Part shown: one piece after another, positions 36,701 through 50,149 of the stretch
How the letters are laid out: every line of letters begins with the position of its first letter
How positions within the stretch are numbered: position 1 is the stretch's first letter
From: Camelus dromedarius
Lineage: Eukaryota
Assembly: GCF_036321535.1 (NCBI RefSeq)
Contig: NC_087436.1
Span: 88,352,001 to 88,416,000, forward strand
Direction: 5' to 3'
DNA length: 64,000 nt
Made by a program: the position numbers and the translations under genes
The notes under the pieces: model-generated
Seen by the model: the letters and a program-made list of their open reading frames with translations, nothing else
Databases searched by the model: none
What the model was told of the DNA's origin: nothing

Positions 36701-39204
36701 TTGGTTACATTTCTTTGCTTTTGTTTATTCATTTATAAACTGCTAAGGGACTCTTGGACATTTTAATTTCTAAGTGATTAGTAGTAACACTATAAAAATT
36801 AATTAAAGATGGCAAGACTGATAGCAAGCACTTACAACACACTTACATGCCAGGTACTCTTCTGAGTGCTTTATGTGTATTAACTCACTTAATGAAATTA
36901 AATAGAGTGGGGTGCAGTTTTAAAAGTTAAAGGGCTATGTGATTGTGTGTGTGAAGAAACCTTATCTCTTAAATGACATTTAAAAAAACATAGCCTAGAG
37001 TTCTCAAAAAATAGCAATGGTGAGTGGTTAGTTTTTAATTAAGATATTGATAATAGTGTCAATGACCAAAGAAAGGGAAGATTTTTTTTGTCAACTCAAC
37101 TTTTTTAAACTCCAATATTTATATCTTTCAACTGAGAGGTTTGGACCTAATGGTTTCTAGTTATTGGAGTGCCCAGCCCTCATTTTCTGTAATCAGATGA
37201 CCTGGATACAATACGTCCCTGTCCTCTGTGTGGAAGCTGAGAAGAAGGATGTTGCAGGGGATGGGTCTTTAAGGCACTGGATGGGTCAAAATCCCACTAG
37301 AGTGTAAGCTCCCAGAAGACGGTGCCTGTATTTTCCGTTGCATTGTTGTATCCCTGTCACACTGCCTAATATAGAGTAGATTTTAAATAAATGTTGTTTG
37401 GTTGAAAAATGAATGAACAAGTAAACACAAGGCTGGAAGGAAATTGTTTTGGATTTTGATTTCTTTTTATTAGTGGAATTAGCATTCTTTGGGTGGGGAT
37501 GGGGGAGAGGAAGGATTATTGAAATAGAATGTATTTAAATTAATAGAAATGGCTTTTACTGTTAGTTTTTCTTTAAACTCACCTTGCATTTCATAAGGCT
37601 GAGCACTTGCACTGCGATGTGGCATTGGCCCACCATCTTCCAGAGGTGACAGCTAACTCAGCCTTTAGCCCGGCTCAGACGTCATCTTCTCCAGTTATCT
37701 TTCCACCTGCCACCTCTGGCAGGGCTGAAGCTTGTATCCATCTGTGGTATAATGCTTACTGCATGGTAATGGTATCATTGGCTTCTGTTACGTATGCCCT
37801 TTTTCCTAGACTGTGGACACCTTACTGGCTGTATCTTATGCTTTATTTTGTGTCCCAGACCTGATAGCATATCTGGCCCTTAGTAGATGCTCAGTTAACA
37901 GCTGTCAAATGTGTAGACGTGTATCAGTTCAGAGCAAAGATACGGCAAAACCATCTGAGCGGTTGCTTCTCTGAGTATTTGCTGTAAGAAAATTTACGTG
38001 CATCTTCTGATTTATGCCTCTTGATACTCCTATAAGGTGTTGGTATCATTATTTTCTTTTTAAATAGTCTCAAAGAAATTAAGTAACTTGCATAAAGTTA
38101 TACAGCTAATAAATGGCAAAGCTAAGATATGGAGCCAGGTCAGTCAGATTTGAAAGTTCGGTTTCCTTCTACTGAATCATGTTGCTTAGCCAGAAGTTCC
38201 AACGTAAGTAACTGGTGAAATAAGATAACAGAGGGTGACATAGGGAAAGAAATCTTTAGGATGATGTTTGAAGAACCGTTGTTAATGTCTTCTCCTGCTC
38301 TGTCAGGGGACAAGTGTATCAAGAGATACAGGCCTACCTTCTAGGTGGTTGAATTTTCTGTGTTTAGTACAATAGTAAAATGGTGAACAAGTGGGTTTTT
38401 AGAATGTTGAGCCACATAGAATTTTAGGGCTAGAGACTAGGTTAGAGATCATCAGCTTCAGTGCATTAATCTACCGATAACATCGTGGGGCCTCAGAGTT
38501 TGTGAGTTTTGCTTTCAGTTGCATTGTCAGTTAAGGGCAGAGAAGGTTATCCTACATCGAGGCTCACTTTTGTGTATTAACAGGGGATTCAGAGTAGTGG
38601 GGGTCAGAGACCTGTCACATGAAAGAGCTGAGCAGGCAGCTGGGAGGAAGCATTGTCATTTTCCACCATCAGAGATGTGTGAGACTCTGGCCTGGGCCTC
38701 TGGGATGAGTAAGCGCTGAGCTACCAGCCCCTTCAGAAAAAAGAACCCCTTGCACAGGGCAGAATTAATCCTCAGGAACATCTCAGAGGAGAAAAAAATC
38801 CTGTTAGGTTTTTGTTAATTTATGACTCAAAGACCCTGATCGTTTAAAATGCAGACAAATATACTTTTGAAAGATATTTTTTCTTCAGGTCTGTCCAGTG
38901 ACAATAAGATAAACTAACAATAGTGAAGGGTCTGAAATAGTTACTTCTGTTACCTTTGAGGTTTGGCTTTTGAAGTAAATACCACTGAGGCTTAAATAAA
39001 GTGAAATCATTAAGCCATCCTGTACTTACTGACTACCTCCTGTGTCTTAGCAGTGTACTGGTTGCTAGATTGTGCTGAATACTATACTTTCTTTTGCTTG
39101 ATTTTTGTTAAGATGGAATATTCAGAGGGGAAAAAACAGTTGGAAATATGCTTTTGAGAAATTGCTTTGAAGTAGAATGAAGATTCATTCATTCATTCAT
39201 TCAT

Positions 39205-39309
39205 GGAGGGGCAGGTTTATTTATTTATTTGTTTTCATGGAGGTGCCGGGGACTGAACCAGGACCTCATGCATGCTAAGTAGCACTTTACCACTGAGCTA
39301 TACCCTCCC
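39205..39309 (-). mobile_element. tRNA-derived SINE (camelid vic-1-like), with adjacent (ATTC)n
   Basis: Same family as 11356-11484: atggaggtgccggggactgaaccaggacctcatgcatgctaag...ccactgagctataccctccc. Confidence 0.82.
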
Positions 39310-40741
39310 TGGGAATTGAGAGTCCTATGTCTGTGTAACATATGTGTACACATGCATACACACACACATATATTAACTAATTTATTCTGTTTGGGCTATC
39401 TAAATATCAGTATTGCTTATTTAAGTAAAGCTGATTTTCACAATTTTACACAGCACTGGAAAAAAATGGGGCATCTATTTATAGACTATGATTTTTCAAA
39501 TGGAATGTTCGGGTGCACTGAAATATGCAGTCATCTGTTGGCAAAACATGATATTGAGATTTAATGCTTGGATATCACCCCAGTAGGAGAAGTATCTAGC
39601 TTCAAAATCTTTGTATGGTTAGAGGATGCTTATGAGTGGGAAACATTTGTTTACTTTGGAGAAGGTAGTTGAAAGTAGTAGGATGATGGTGAAGTGAAAT
39701 TTCTGTAAAATACTAGATTTCAGTTCAAACCGTTGACAAATTTTGAAAATTCTATGAAACCATTTCTCAATTCTTTAACACCCAGAATGGCATTGTTTCT
39801 TTCCAAAGATTTGTATCATGTATATTGAATAAATGTTTTTCCCCTTGGAAATATATTTTTAATTCTGCAATTGAATCCAAATAGACAAATTATTCTAGTT
39901 AGAATTTATTTTAATTTCAGCCATATACCTGGAATGCATCTGGCCTGTAAAGGGAAGAATATATAGTTCAAAGAGTCATTTTTCTATAACTAAGGCTATT
40001 TATTGCTTTTCTGTTTAACCTTTCTGTACTAATAAAATACTCAAAATTAGAGCTCATAATGAAGAGCCAGTATAAAACTTCTGAAAATGACATAGTGAAC
40101 CCATGTCATTTTAAACTATTTCCTGTTTATGATTCTTATTAAAATCAAGCAACTTTTAAGAAAGACTTTTCATATATGTTATACATGGAAGTGATTATAC
40201 AGACCAGAGCATTAACAACTACTTTTATTCATGTGTTGATGTATCTCTAACCATCTGTCAAAATTCTGTCTGTATGTCACATCCTCATTGAAGTGGTCCA
40301 CCATACTTTGAAGAGGGGTAATTGTTTCCTCTTTAGTGATCATGTGCTAGTGATTTCTAGGGACTCTTAGTGTTCTAAAGTGCTTTGCCCAGTATCACTT
40401 TCATAGCCCTCTATAGATTTTATTGTAATGCTTTGTTTTTAAGTCTCTTTTATCTGTGCTTCCCTAGAGCAAAGGTCGTGTTTTTCTCATCTTTGTAACC
40501 ACTTCATTGCCTCATGTATAGTTCCTCATATGTCATTGCTATGCAGTGAATGCCTGAATGAATGGTTATAAGAATGTCTGAAACTATTCCTGTGGACAAA
40601 TTGGTTCATAAACTGAATGTGGTGCAAAGATTGAAGAGTGAAGAGGAGGAAACATTTAAGGGAACGAAGAGGGTTGACAGGGATTAGAGATAAATGAAAT
40701 GAGAACGAGGTAGTCAAGAATGATATAGTATATTAATTATA

Positions 40742-41260
40742 TGTTCCAGTTATCTATCGCTGTATAACAAACCACCTTAAACATACAGGCACACAATAAC
40801 AACCATTTTATCACACTCATTGATTGTGTAAGCTAAGAATTTGATAGCGCACAGTGGGAACATCTCTTCCATGGTATCCATGCTCTTATCTTGGAACACT
40901 TGGTAGCTGGAAGTGTTGGACAACTTGGACAACTCAGGCTGGATTCATCTGAGAATTTCCTCACTCATATGTCTGGCTCCTGGACTGGGATGATTTGAAG
41001 GCTGGACTCAACAGAGTTCTGCACTAGAATACCTATATGTGGCTTCTCAATTCAGTGAAAGCCTCTCTCAGTATGATGTTGAGGTTCCAAGAGGGACTGT
41101 CCAAAGAATGAGAAGTCCACAAGAACCAGGTAGGAGCAACTTGGCCTTTTCTGGCCTAGCCTCAGAGATTATGTAGTAACCCTTCTGCTGTACTATATTA
41201 ATTGAAGGAGTCATAAGGCCACTCAGATTCAACGGGAGAAGTATCAGTGAATTTCCTTCT
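40742..41260 (-). mobile_element. MaLR LTR (MLT1F-I-like)
   Basis: tgttccagttatctatcgctgtataacaaaccacc...cactcatatgtctggc motifs. Confidence 0.65.
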
Positions 41261-41371
41261 ATTTTTTTAAAAAAAGCAGCATTATATATCATAAATGGTC
41301 CAGATGGTGACCCAGTGATGGGTAAAGCAAAGAACAGGAAAGTACATTATCAGTTTACTTCATTAGAGGTA

Positions 41372-43469
41372 GGGTGTATGAAAAAGATCCAGTTTCATTC
41401 TTTTGCATGTAGCTGTCCAGCTTTTCCAACACCATTTATTGAAGAGACCGTCTTTTCTGTCACTGTATGTTCTTGCCTTCTTTGTTGTAGGTTAATTGAC
41501 CATATGAGTATCGCTTTATTTGGGGGCTCTTTATTCTGTGCCATTGTGCCTGTTTTTGTGCCAGTGCCATACAGTTTTGGTTACCATAGGTCTATAGTAT
41601 AGTTTGAAACTAAGGAGTGTGATACCTCTGGTTTTGTTCTTTCTTAAAATTTCTTTGACTTTTTGGGGTCATTTGTGATTCCATAGACATTTTGGATTAT
41701 TTGTTCTATTTGTGTGAAAAATGCCATTGGTATTTTGATAGAGATTGCATTGACTCTGTCAGTTGCTTTGGGTAGTATGGAAGTTTTAATGATATTGAAT
41801 CCATGAGCATGGTATATTTTTCCATTTATTTGTGTTGTCTTCAGTTTCTTTCCTTGGTGTCTTATAGTTTTCACAGTACAGATCTTTCTTCTCATTGGCT
41901 AAATTTAGTTGTAAAAGGGATTGTTTCTTCATTTCTCTTTCTGATAGTTTGTTATTAGTATATAGAAATACAACAGATTTATATATATTACTTTTCTTAT
42001 GCCATATTAAAAAATAAACTCAAAATGAGTCAAAAACTTGAACATAAGACCTGAAACCATGAAACTCCTAGAACATATAGGCAGTGATCTCTTTGACCTC
42101 TGTCTTAGCAGTATTTTTTGGTTATATCTCCTCAGGCTAGGGCAGCCAAAGCAAACACAAACAAATGGGACTACATCAAACTAAGCCTTTGCACAGCAAA
42201 GGAAACCACCAACAAAACAAAAAGACAACCCACTAAATGGGAGAAATTTGCAAACCATGTATTTAGTAAGGGGTTAATATCCAAAATACATAAAGAATTC
42301 ATACAGTTCAATGTAAAAACAGCCTGACTGAAAAATGGGCAGAGGCCCTGAATAGATGTTTTTCTGAAGAAGACATACAGATGGCCAACAGGCACATGAG
42401 AAGATGGTCAGTACCACTAATCATCAGGGAAATGCTTATTAAAACAATAATGAGATACCACCTCACATTTGTTGGAACGGCTATCATCAAAAAGGCAAGA
42501 AACAACAAATGTTGAGGATGTGGAGAAAAGGAAACCTTGTGTGTGATTGGTGGGAATGTAAATTGGTGCAGCCACTGTGGGAAAAGATATACATATTTCT
42601 ATGTTCATTGCAGCACTATTTACAGTAGCCAAGGTATGCAAGCAATCTCAGTGTCCACTGATTAATGAATGAATAAAGAGGATGTGGTATACACACACAC
42701 ACACATATGCATGTACTTGGAATACTACTTTGCCATAAAAAGAGTGAAATCTTGCCATTTGCAGCAATATAGATGGACCTGGAAAGTATTATGCTAAGTG
42801 AAATAAATCAGACACGGAAAAACCAATACTATATGATTTCACTTATATGTGGAATCTAAAAAGCAAAACAAACAAACCAAAACAAAACAGAAACGGACAC
42901 ACAGATTCAGAGAATAAACTGGTGATTGCCAGAGGAGAGGGGAGTGAGAGGGTGGATGAAATAGGTGAAGGGGATTAAGAGGGTCAAATTTTCAGCTATG
43001 AAACAAATAAGACACCAGGAAGCAATACACAGCATAGGGAATATAGTCAATGATACTGTAATAACTTTGTATGCTGACAGTAACTTTTGTGGTGATCATT
43101 TCATAATACGTAAAAATAGTGAATCAAAAACATTTTACATGATTAATATTATTTGAAATTTGAATGACTTTGTAACTCAGATACTAAGTACAAGTAATGA
43201 CCATGTTGACATAAATTGATTTATTTTTATCAGAAACATATTGTCACTTGTTTTAATATTTTAATTGCCTAGCATGGATAAATTTTATTTTAAAGAAGCT
43301 AACAAAAGATGGCTTGCGTATATTCAGAGGGGTACCTCTTAAGAAATGTTTTATTTCCATTAATTAAAGTTTTAAAAGTTTATGTAAGTAAAGAAAATAG
43401 TGAATCACTGTGTTGTACACTTGGAGTTAATATAATACTGTCTGCTAATTATCATTCCATTAAAAAAAA
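41372..43469 (+). mobile_element. 5'-inverted (twin-primed) L1: antisense ORF2 segment ~41372-41990, sense ORF2 end + 3'UTR ~41990-43469
   Basis: Sense part NKWDYIKLSLCTAKETTNKTKRQPTKWEK and 3'UTR ending in an A-tail at ~43462-43469; the upstream part reads as L1 ORF2 on the minus strand (NIIKTSILPKATDRVNAISIKIPMAFF). Confidence 0.85.
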
Positions 43470-45409
43470 GTCACTGGACATTTTCCAAACAGTAATTAGA
43501 TCATGGCTTATATCCATGATACTTTTTGAATGTAGTTTGCAACTTCTACTTGTTAAAAGTGACGTGTGAGAATGTTTTCTCTGGAATTAGTATTTTTATC
43601 AGTCTACTTTTTTCCTCTTAGAGATCAGGTATATAACAGCTGACATTTCAATTTTGGAATTTCTTCATTCACAAGCTTCAGAAGGAAGGGTAAATAATTC
43701 TCTGGTCATATTTGCCTACTTGTTTCAGTGTTCTCTGTGGTTTCACTTGCAATGCTTACCTTTGGGGAGCTTTCAAATGATTTTTATAAGAAGGCAGCAG
43801 TTAGGGTCTGCTCGCTTTACCTGACTGACCGCTGTGCTTTGGCACTTAGTCAATCTGTACAGAATTTTCTTTTCACCATGCTGCAGCCTTGAAAAGCTAA
43901 CTTCTGCTTTCATGGAATTTGATCCGGGGAGAAAGGAAAGGAAAGAGAGGGGAGAAAAGAGGAATTATAACAAGGACAAATGTTGCATAGACTGTGGTTT
44001 TATTTTCGGTGCTGGAAACCACATATTCCTGTTGGGGAAGAAATGGGATCACATCATGTTATCATGAAGCTCTGCTGACTCAAGAAATCATTGGAAGAGC
44101 TTTCATAATGAATTGGATCGTGTGGTAGTAATATACTTAAGGAAGCAGAGACCACACCCTTTTTCTGCTTAGATTTGTCTGCCTTGTTCTTTTTTCCCCC
44201 CTTCTCTCCCTCTCTTCTTCCTCCCATCTTTTTCTTCTCTTTCTTACCAGTTCCAAAATGTTGGATGACAGGGATGTAGAAAACCATGTTATTCCCTTAA
44301 ACATATTTTTAAAACTTTTTGTTATGGAAAACTTCAAAGACAAACAAAAATAAGAAAGTGTAATGAACCCCTGTGTGCCTCACTTAGCTTCAATAGTTGT
44401 CAACTCATGAGCAATTTTATTTTGATTATGAAGCAAACCACAGATATTTTATCCATAAATTTTTCAGTATGTATCTCTAAAAGATAATAACTTTTAAAAA
44501 AATACAGTCGCAAGAGCATCACCATACCAAAAAACTCCAAAACAACCTAACACTATTTTGATATCATCAAGTAAACCTTACCACAAACCTAAATGTCACC
44601 AATATGCAGTTAGTGTTCAGGTTACCACAGTTGTCTCACATTTTAGCTGGCTGGGATATCTCTTAAGAGTTTTCCTCCTCAATCTCACTGTTTTTGTTCT
44701 TGAAATTCTTTGTTAAAGAAGTTCGCTCATTCTGTAAAAAAACTGAACACAATAATGACTTGGGTTCTTTATTCCTATTTTGAAAATAATAGGAGAATAA
44801 TTTGTTGACATAGATGAATGTTTTATGTTAAAAACAATTTAGATTAATGTAGTCAAGAAATATATTGGTATTAGATTACTTTATGTATAATTTCCAAATT
44901 TTATGTTTTCTCCTAGTGAAAGTTGCTGAAAATCACAGTACCTACTTAGAAACTTGTTATTCATGCCTAGTTTTCACTGGTTATTGTTTCTTTCTGAATT
45001 AACAAGAAGCAGAAAGAAAAATATTTGTTGTGTATCAGAAATTCTCTCACAGGAAGAGGATTAGTGCCAGAATATTGTCATTTAAAGTGAATCCACTTAC
45101 ATTTCATAGTGACTAGTAAAAAAGGGAGAAAAAAGGCCTTATGATTCATACATTATCTTGAAAAATAAAGTGAAAACATGTTTATTTTATCTCATATATG
45201 GCACCATTTAGATTATAATTGTTAACTCTTAGAACAAAAAGGGAGTCAAATGTTAGTTTTCTTGAGAATTTTCTGATGAAAATGCATGATAAAAAGTTTT
45301 GTCTTCCTTCACTTTACATTTGGATTTGTCAGCACAGATTTAAGAGGGCCATGTTTTTCAAAAGCATTAGAAAGCTTTATCAATTTTTGCAGGGGTGTAT
45401 CATGAGGTA

Positions 45410-45830
45410 GAATAAAAGTTAAGTCACTATAACAAAGAAACCACCATACGTCATTTCTAAAATAAGATAAAAGTGTGTTTATCTATCACAAAGTAGGTGA
45501 GCAAGTCTAGACTAGGGGGAAACTCTGCTCCATGAAGTCGTTTAAGGGCTAGGTTCCATCTTGTTCCCTCCTCTACTCCCTACAGTGATGTCTTCAATGC
45601 ATAAGGAAAGTTGAGTCTGCCATGTGCACTTTCCAGCTGGTGGGGAGGTGGAAAATGCCCTAAAAATCCAGGGAAAGTAGCTTGTCTTTAAGTTAGAGGT
45701 GACCCTCATATCCCTGGCTGCACATATCCCTTTGGCTTTAACTTAGATGGCCACCTCTAACTGCAAAGAAGGCTGGGAAATACCATCTCCAGCCCATATG
45801 GCCAGGAAGAAGGGGAGAGTGGATGAGGAC
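45410..45830 (-). mobile_element. Old MaLR LTR fragment
   Basis: ttagatggccacctctaactgcaaagaaggctgggaaat motif. Confidence 0.5.
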
Positions 45831-46272
45831 AGGGGGTTACCAGTGGGGAAGGGAGCAAAAAGAAGTCTGCCACCGTGCATTTTAGTATTTTAAGTGTAAA
45901 TCATCTTCGACACTTGTTACTGTGTTATTTTACTTTATTTTTACTAGCTAACTAACTTCAAGGTCCTCATTTGCCTGTGACATTGAGTGTGATCAGAGTA
46001 TTTCTCCAACATTACTCCCATTTTCGACTTCTTGAAAACTTTCATCTTCTAAATATTTGATATTGTTGACTGTTTGATTCCTTCATTCAGTCAGAGAGAA
46101 TGACCAGCAAAGAAGCAGAACGTAGTAATGTGGAAGGAATATTTAATTGGGGCCTATGTAGGCAGTTGACTAATGAGCAATTTTTATGTTATGACATCTT
46201 TTGTTTCTGTCTAGAATCACTTAACTATGAATCTCCTGTATAGTTAATATATTTGTTGATGCTTTGAGATAT

Positions 46273-46848
46273 TGTAAGCAGATAGGGTCGGGGTCCCTAG
46301 AGGAGAACTAGACATAACTTTCTTAACCAAGGAGAAGCCATTTTAGGCCTAAGCCATTTTGTGATCTCAGCCTGCTCTTGCAGAATAGGTCTCAGTAGTT
46401 AATAATTTTAAGGGAGTGAAAGAAGATAAAAACAGCTATTACCAGGCCAGGGAGATAACTTAGCCATATTATCAGTTGTAAAGACTCCCAGTTATGTTTC
46501 CGATGTAAAGATGAGCCTGAAGCACATTCTTGAGCTGTTCTGCAGAGTTCAACCCCGCCTTGAGCACTCAGCCACCAGATCAGCTGGAATGATAATGTTG
46601 ACCTTTGCTGACCCTCCTGACTTCAATCAACTAGGTCCCAGGCTCCATCAACTTTTGCCTCAATGCTATGCTGAATTCTTGCTCCAGCCCCAAATTTGCT
46701 GCTTAGGGGAGATACTGCTGTGGGGAATATCCCCGGTGTTCTCCTTACTTGCTGCAAGTAATAAATCCTTCCTTCTCCTGTGCTTTGGTTTGGTTGTGTC
46801 TTTTTGGCTCGACAGCCACCATGAGGCGAACCCAGTTTTTGGGTGACA
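46273..46848 (+). mobile_element. ERV solo LTR (576 bp, probably ERV1 class)
   Basis: TGTAAGCA...GGGTGACA termini; 4-bp flanks ATAT/GTAT; AATAAA at 46760-46765 followed by a T/GT-rich U5-like tract. Confidence 0.8.
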
Positions 46849-48399
46849 GTATTGCACGTGGTTTCTTTTCTCAAAACTTTTTTCTCCATCCGTTGTTATT
46901 TTTCTCTCCTCCCACTCCCTCCCATTTTCCTTTTTAGCAGTCAGGAGGCACTCCAACCCAATCACAGCCAAAGATCACAGTGGGGACCTTCAGCGTGAAA
47001 CCCAAGCCTGTCTTAAAGAGTATGTGTTAAATCAGTCGTTGTACCTCTATTATATGGACAGTAAGAAACAACTATTCTCAGTGCAGCACTGCTGAGTCTG
47101 CTTCCAGGTTGACTTGCCCCGCCCAGTCCAGCGTCACAGTCACCCACCATGTGTCAGTGGGCTGGGTGGGGACTGCATTCCTGTGAGAGATGAGATAAGT
47201 CAGCTAGCCTCTGTAACTTTTGCCTTTTGACTTTTGAGTCTTCTCTTATCTAGGTTCAATAGGTCAACCAATGAGTTGGGGGTTTGAGGATTCTCTTTTT
47301 TAAGTAGACCCACAAACAATTCTTTTGCTTTAAGTCCTTCGCCACTATTAGACATACCATTGGTTGTTTCCAGGCTTCTCCCCAGCATGTTTATTTCCTT
47401 CCAGTTTCTAAAATTTTCTTATCTCCTGTCCTGTTTTCTGTTTCTTTGATAGTTAATTCCTTTGTGACAACAGCAGAACTGATTTAATGGGGTTTCAGGA
47501 GGGAGCCTAGGCTAAAGTGTACTCTCAGCCCTCTGTCTTTAACTGGAAATCTACATGAGGAGAATTTTCCTTCATTTATGTGACCTTTAATAGTGTTCTT
47601 TGACCAACGGGTTATTAAAACAACAACAAACTTTTAATTGTATGGTACAGAATGCTGGAGCTGGAGGGGGCCCTTCTCCTGGGACCAGGAGACTTCTAGT
47701 CTGGGTTTGTGTGCCTTTGAGCAACTCATTAAACTTTCTAAACCTCAGCTCCTTAATTTGTAAGGGGATGGTCACAGATTTAAGTGATGGCTAAGATTCC
47801 TTTTGACTCAAATGGTATGATTCTATATAAGACTATTAATCTCTTATACAAAAACGGTAAGGTTTTTTTTTCTTCCCTACACATTCTACATGAAATACTT
47901 CCCCCGTCCTGATGTTGAAACCTTTTGCTTCTAGTCCTGCGGATGAGCCATGCCCCACTTATCCTCCTGGGCTTTCCAACGTCTGCCTTTTGTTTTATAA
48001 CTATGGTATTGCTTGTTGGGCTGGGAATTCCATATTTGCATGTGGCCTGTTCTTCCGGAGTGTAGCTTGCTTTTCCCTTATACACCACTCTTGAAAGTTG
48101 TCATCTTTACCCTACATTGAAAATATGTTGCACAAAGTTGAGAAGAAGATTTCCAAATAAGTCATATTTACACATCAACAGTTTTTCAGGAACAAAAAGA
48201 TAGAGTGTCAAAATTTTAATTTAAAATAAAGATGACCAACATAGATGCCAAGCAACAAGAGCTTTTCTCTGACTTCTCCGCTTAGGAGAATAGGTCAGTT
48301 GGGTCTGTTATCCAGCTGCTTATTGAGAGGCTGCTCTAGACACCAAGTGTGGTGTAAAGACTTAGTGTAAGCGCCCAATCTCTTCGCTTAAGATTGGGG

Positions 48400-48545
48400 C
48401 TCGCAAACCTACCAGCACATTAAATCCTGCTGCCCTGGGACTCACCCCAGACCAATTCAAAGTATCTGGGCTTGGGTTCTGGGCATCTGCATTCTAAAAA
48501 AACTCTCCCTACGTGATTCTAATGTTAAGGTTAAAAACGATTCCT
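48400..48545. mobile_element. MER5-like hAT MITE fragment
   Basis: ccccagaccaattc...ctgggcatctgcattctaaaaaaactctccctacgtgattctaatg. Confidence 0.6.
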
Positions 48546-49884
48546 TTAGGAGCTTAAAATCTAGGTGAGAAGTTAGAATGTGTACATCAGTTGCTACAGA
48601 GCATGGAAGATGATGGTGAGCTCTGTGATGGTGATTCAGAAATCACGGGCACAGGAACTGGATAGTTTTTAATTAATTGGAACCATCCAGAAAGGCTTCA
48701 TCAGAGAGGTGACTTTTGAGCTAGTAGAGTTTTCACAGGTGGAGAGAGGGGATTTTCTAGGACAGGGAATGGATGCTGATTATTTTGACTAGGGTGTGGA
48801 GTGTCTGGGGAACAGTGGAAGTAAAGATTGGATGTTAGGTTACAGCCAGATTGTGGACATTCTCCAGTGTTTTGTCTAAGGAGTTTTGACTTCATTCTGC
48901 ATGTGGTGAGGAGGCTTTGGGGAGGCACTGAGGATTTCTAGTGAATGCAGTGGCAGGATAAAAATGGTATCTTTGAAGGTTGATCCAATGGGAATAAGGG
49001 GTATGTAGTTTGAATAAAGTGAGGCAGGAGCCAGGGGTGAAAGGAAGACCAGTTGGAAAGCTACTGTCATGACCCAGATTATGATGCTTTGAGCTAGGAA
49101 GAGAGCATTGCAATTAGGAAATAACAGCAATAAACATTTGTATAGTGTTTTCATTGTAAGTGAGTTCTCTCCCACATCTCATTAAACCTCACTAGTAACC
49201 TTGTGGTATTTACTTCCATATTTTGTGAATGAAGAAAACTGACGTTCAGAGGTTAAGCTGTTGTAAAGTAACTTTGCAGAAATTGGAGGGCCTGACTGGT
49301 TGACGACAGATTGGTAACAGGGAATTGTAGGGGTGCTTCTGGGGTGTCATGTCGGGTGTGAAGATGGTGGAATTCCTCACTGGCAAACTGAGGGTCAAGT
49401 TCCTGGCTCTGCTCTCTGATAACCGCTTATGCTCTTCGCATGACTCCTGTTGCCTCTCTGGTTTGATATGCAGTGACTTCTTGTAAGGGTGTGGTGGAGG
49501 GAAGGGAAGAAAGGGCTGTTGTCCATTCAACGTGTCTCAAGTAAGAATCTTTGGACCGTTGCTGAGTATCTCTGATTTTCAGAGAGTTAAATGTCGTTGA
49601 ATTTAGATGGCTTATTAGTGTAGGTGTGGATAGTCTGGTTGTGGGGGCTCCAGATATAGGGCTGAGGACCTTATGCAGATGAGCTCTGCCCTTAGTAGGC
49701 AGGGAGGTACGGGGTTAGCTGAGGGGCTACTGTGTGAGGTGGGTTTCCTAGATGAGCTGAGGAGGGTTAGCTGTGGCTGGGTGGGCTTCCTTTTCTCTTG
49801 TGGTTGAGACGGGCTGCAGGGAAGAGAACTGTAGTGTAGAAATCAGGGAACATCCCCGTGGCTCTGGTGACTAGGATGCTTGAT

Positions 49885-50149
49885 CTTTTTATCTTTTTTT
49901 TAGGTTCTACGTGTAAGTGATATTACAGGAGTTTGAGATTAACAGATACAAACTGCTATATATAAAATAAACAACAAGGTCCTACTGTATAGCACAGGGA
50001 ACTATATTCTTGTAATAACCTATAATGAAAAACCTATAATAACCTATAATGAAAAAAAAATATATATGTATAACTGAGTCACGGTGTTGTACACCAGAAA
50101 CTAACACAACATTGTAAATCAACTATACTTCAATAAGGAAAAAAAAAAG
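49885..50149 (+). mobile_element. Truncated L1 3'UTR with A-tail and a short inverted 5' piece
   Basis: ggtcctactgtatagcacagggaactatattc...tgtaaatcaactatacttcaataagg + A-tail; 49885-49925 reads as antisense L1 3'UTR. Confidence 0.8.

Noticed and set aside
48374..48398. 8-bp hairpin cccaatct...agattggg
   Set aside because: Short stem, expected by chance in 64 kb.
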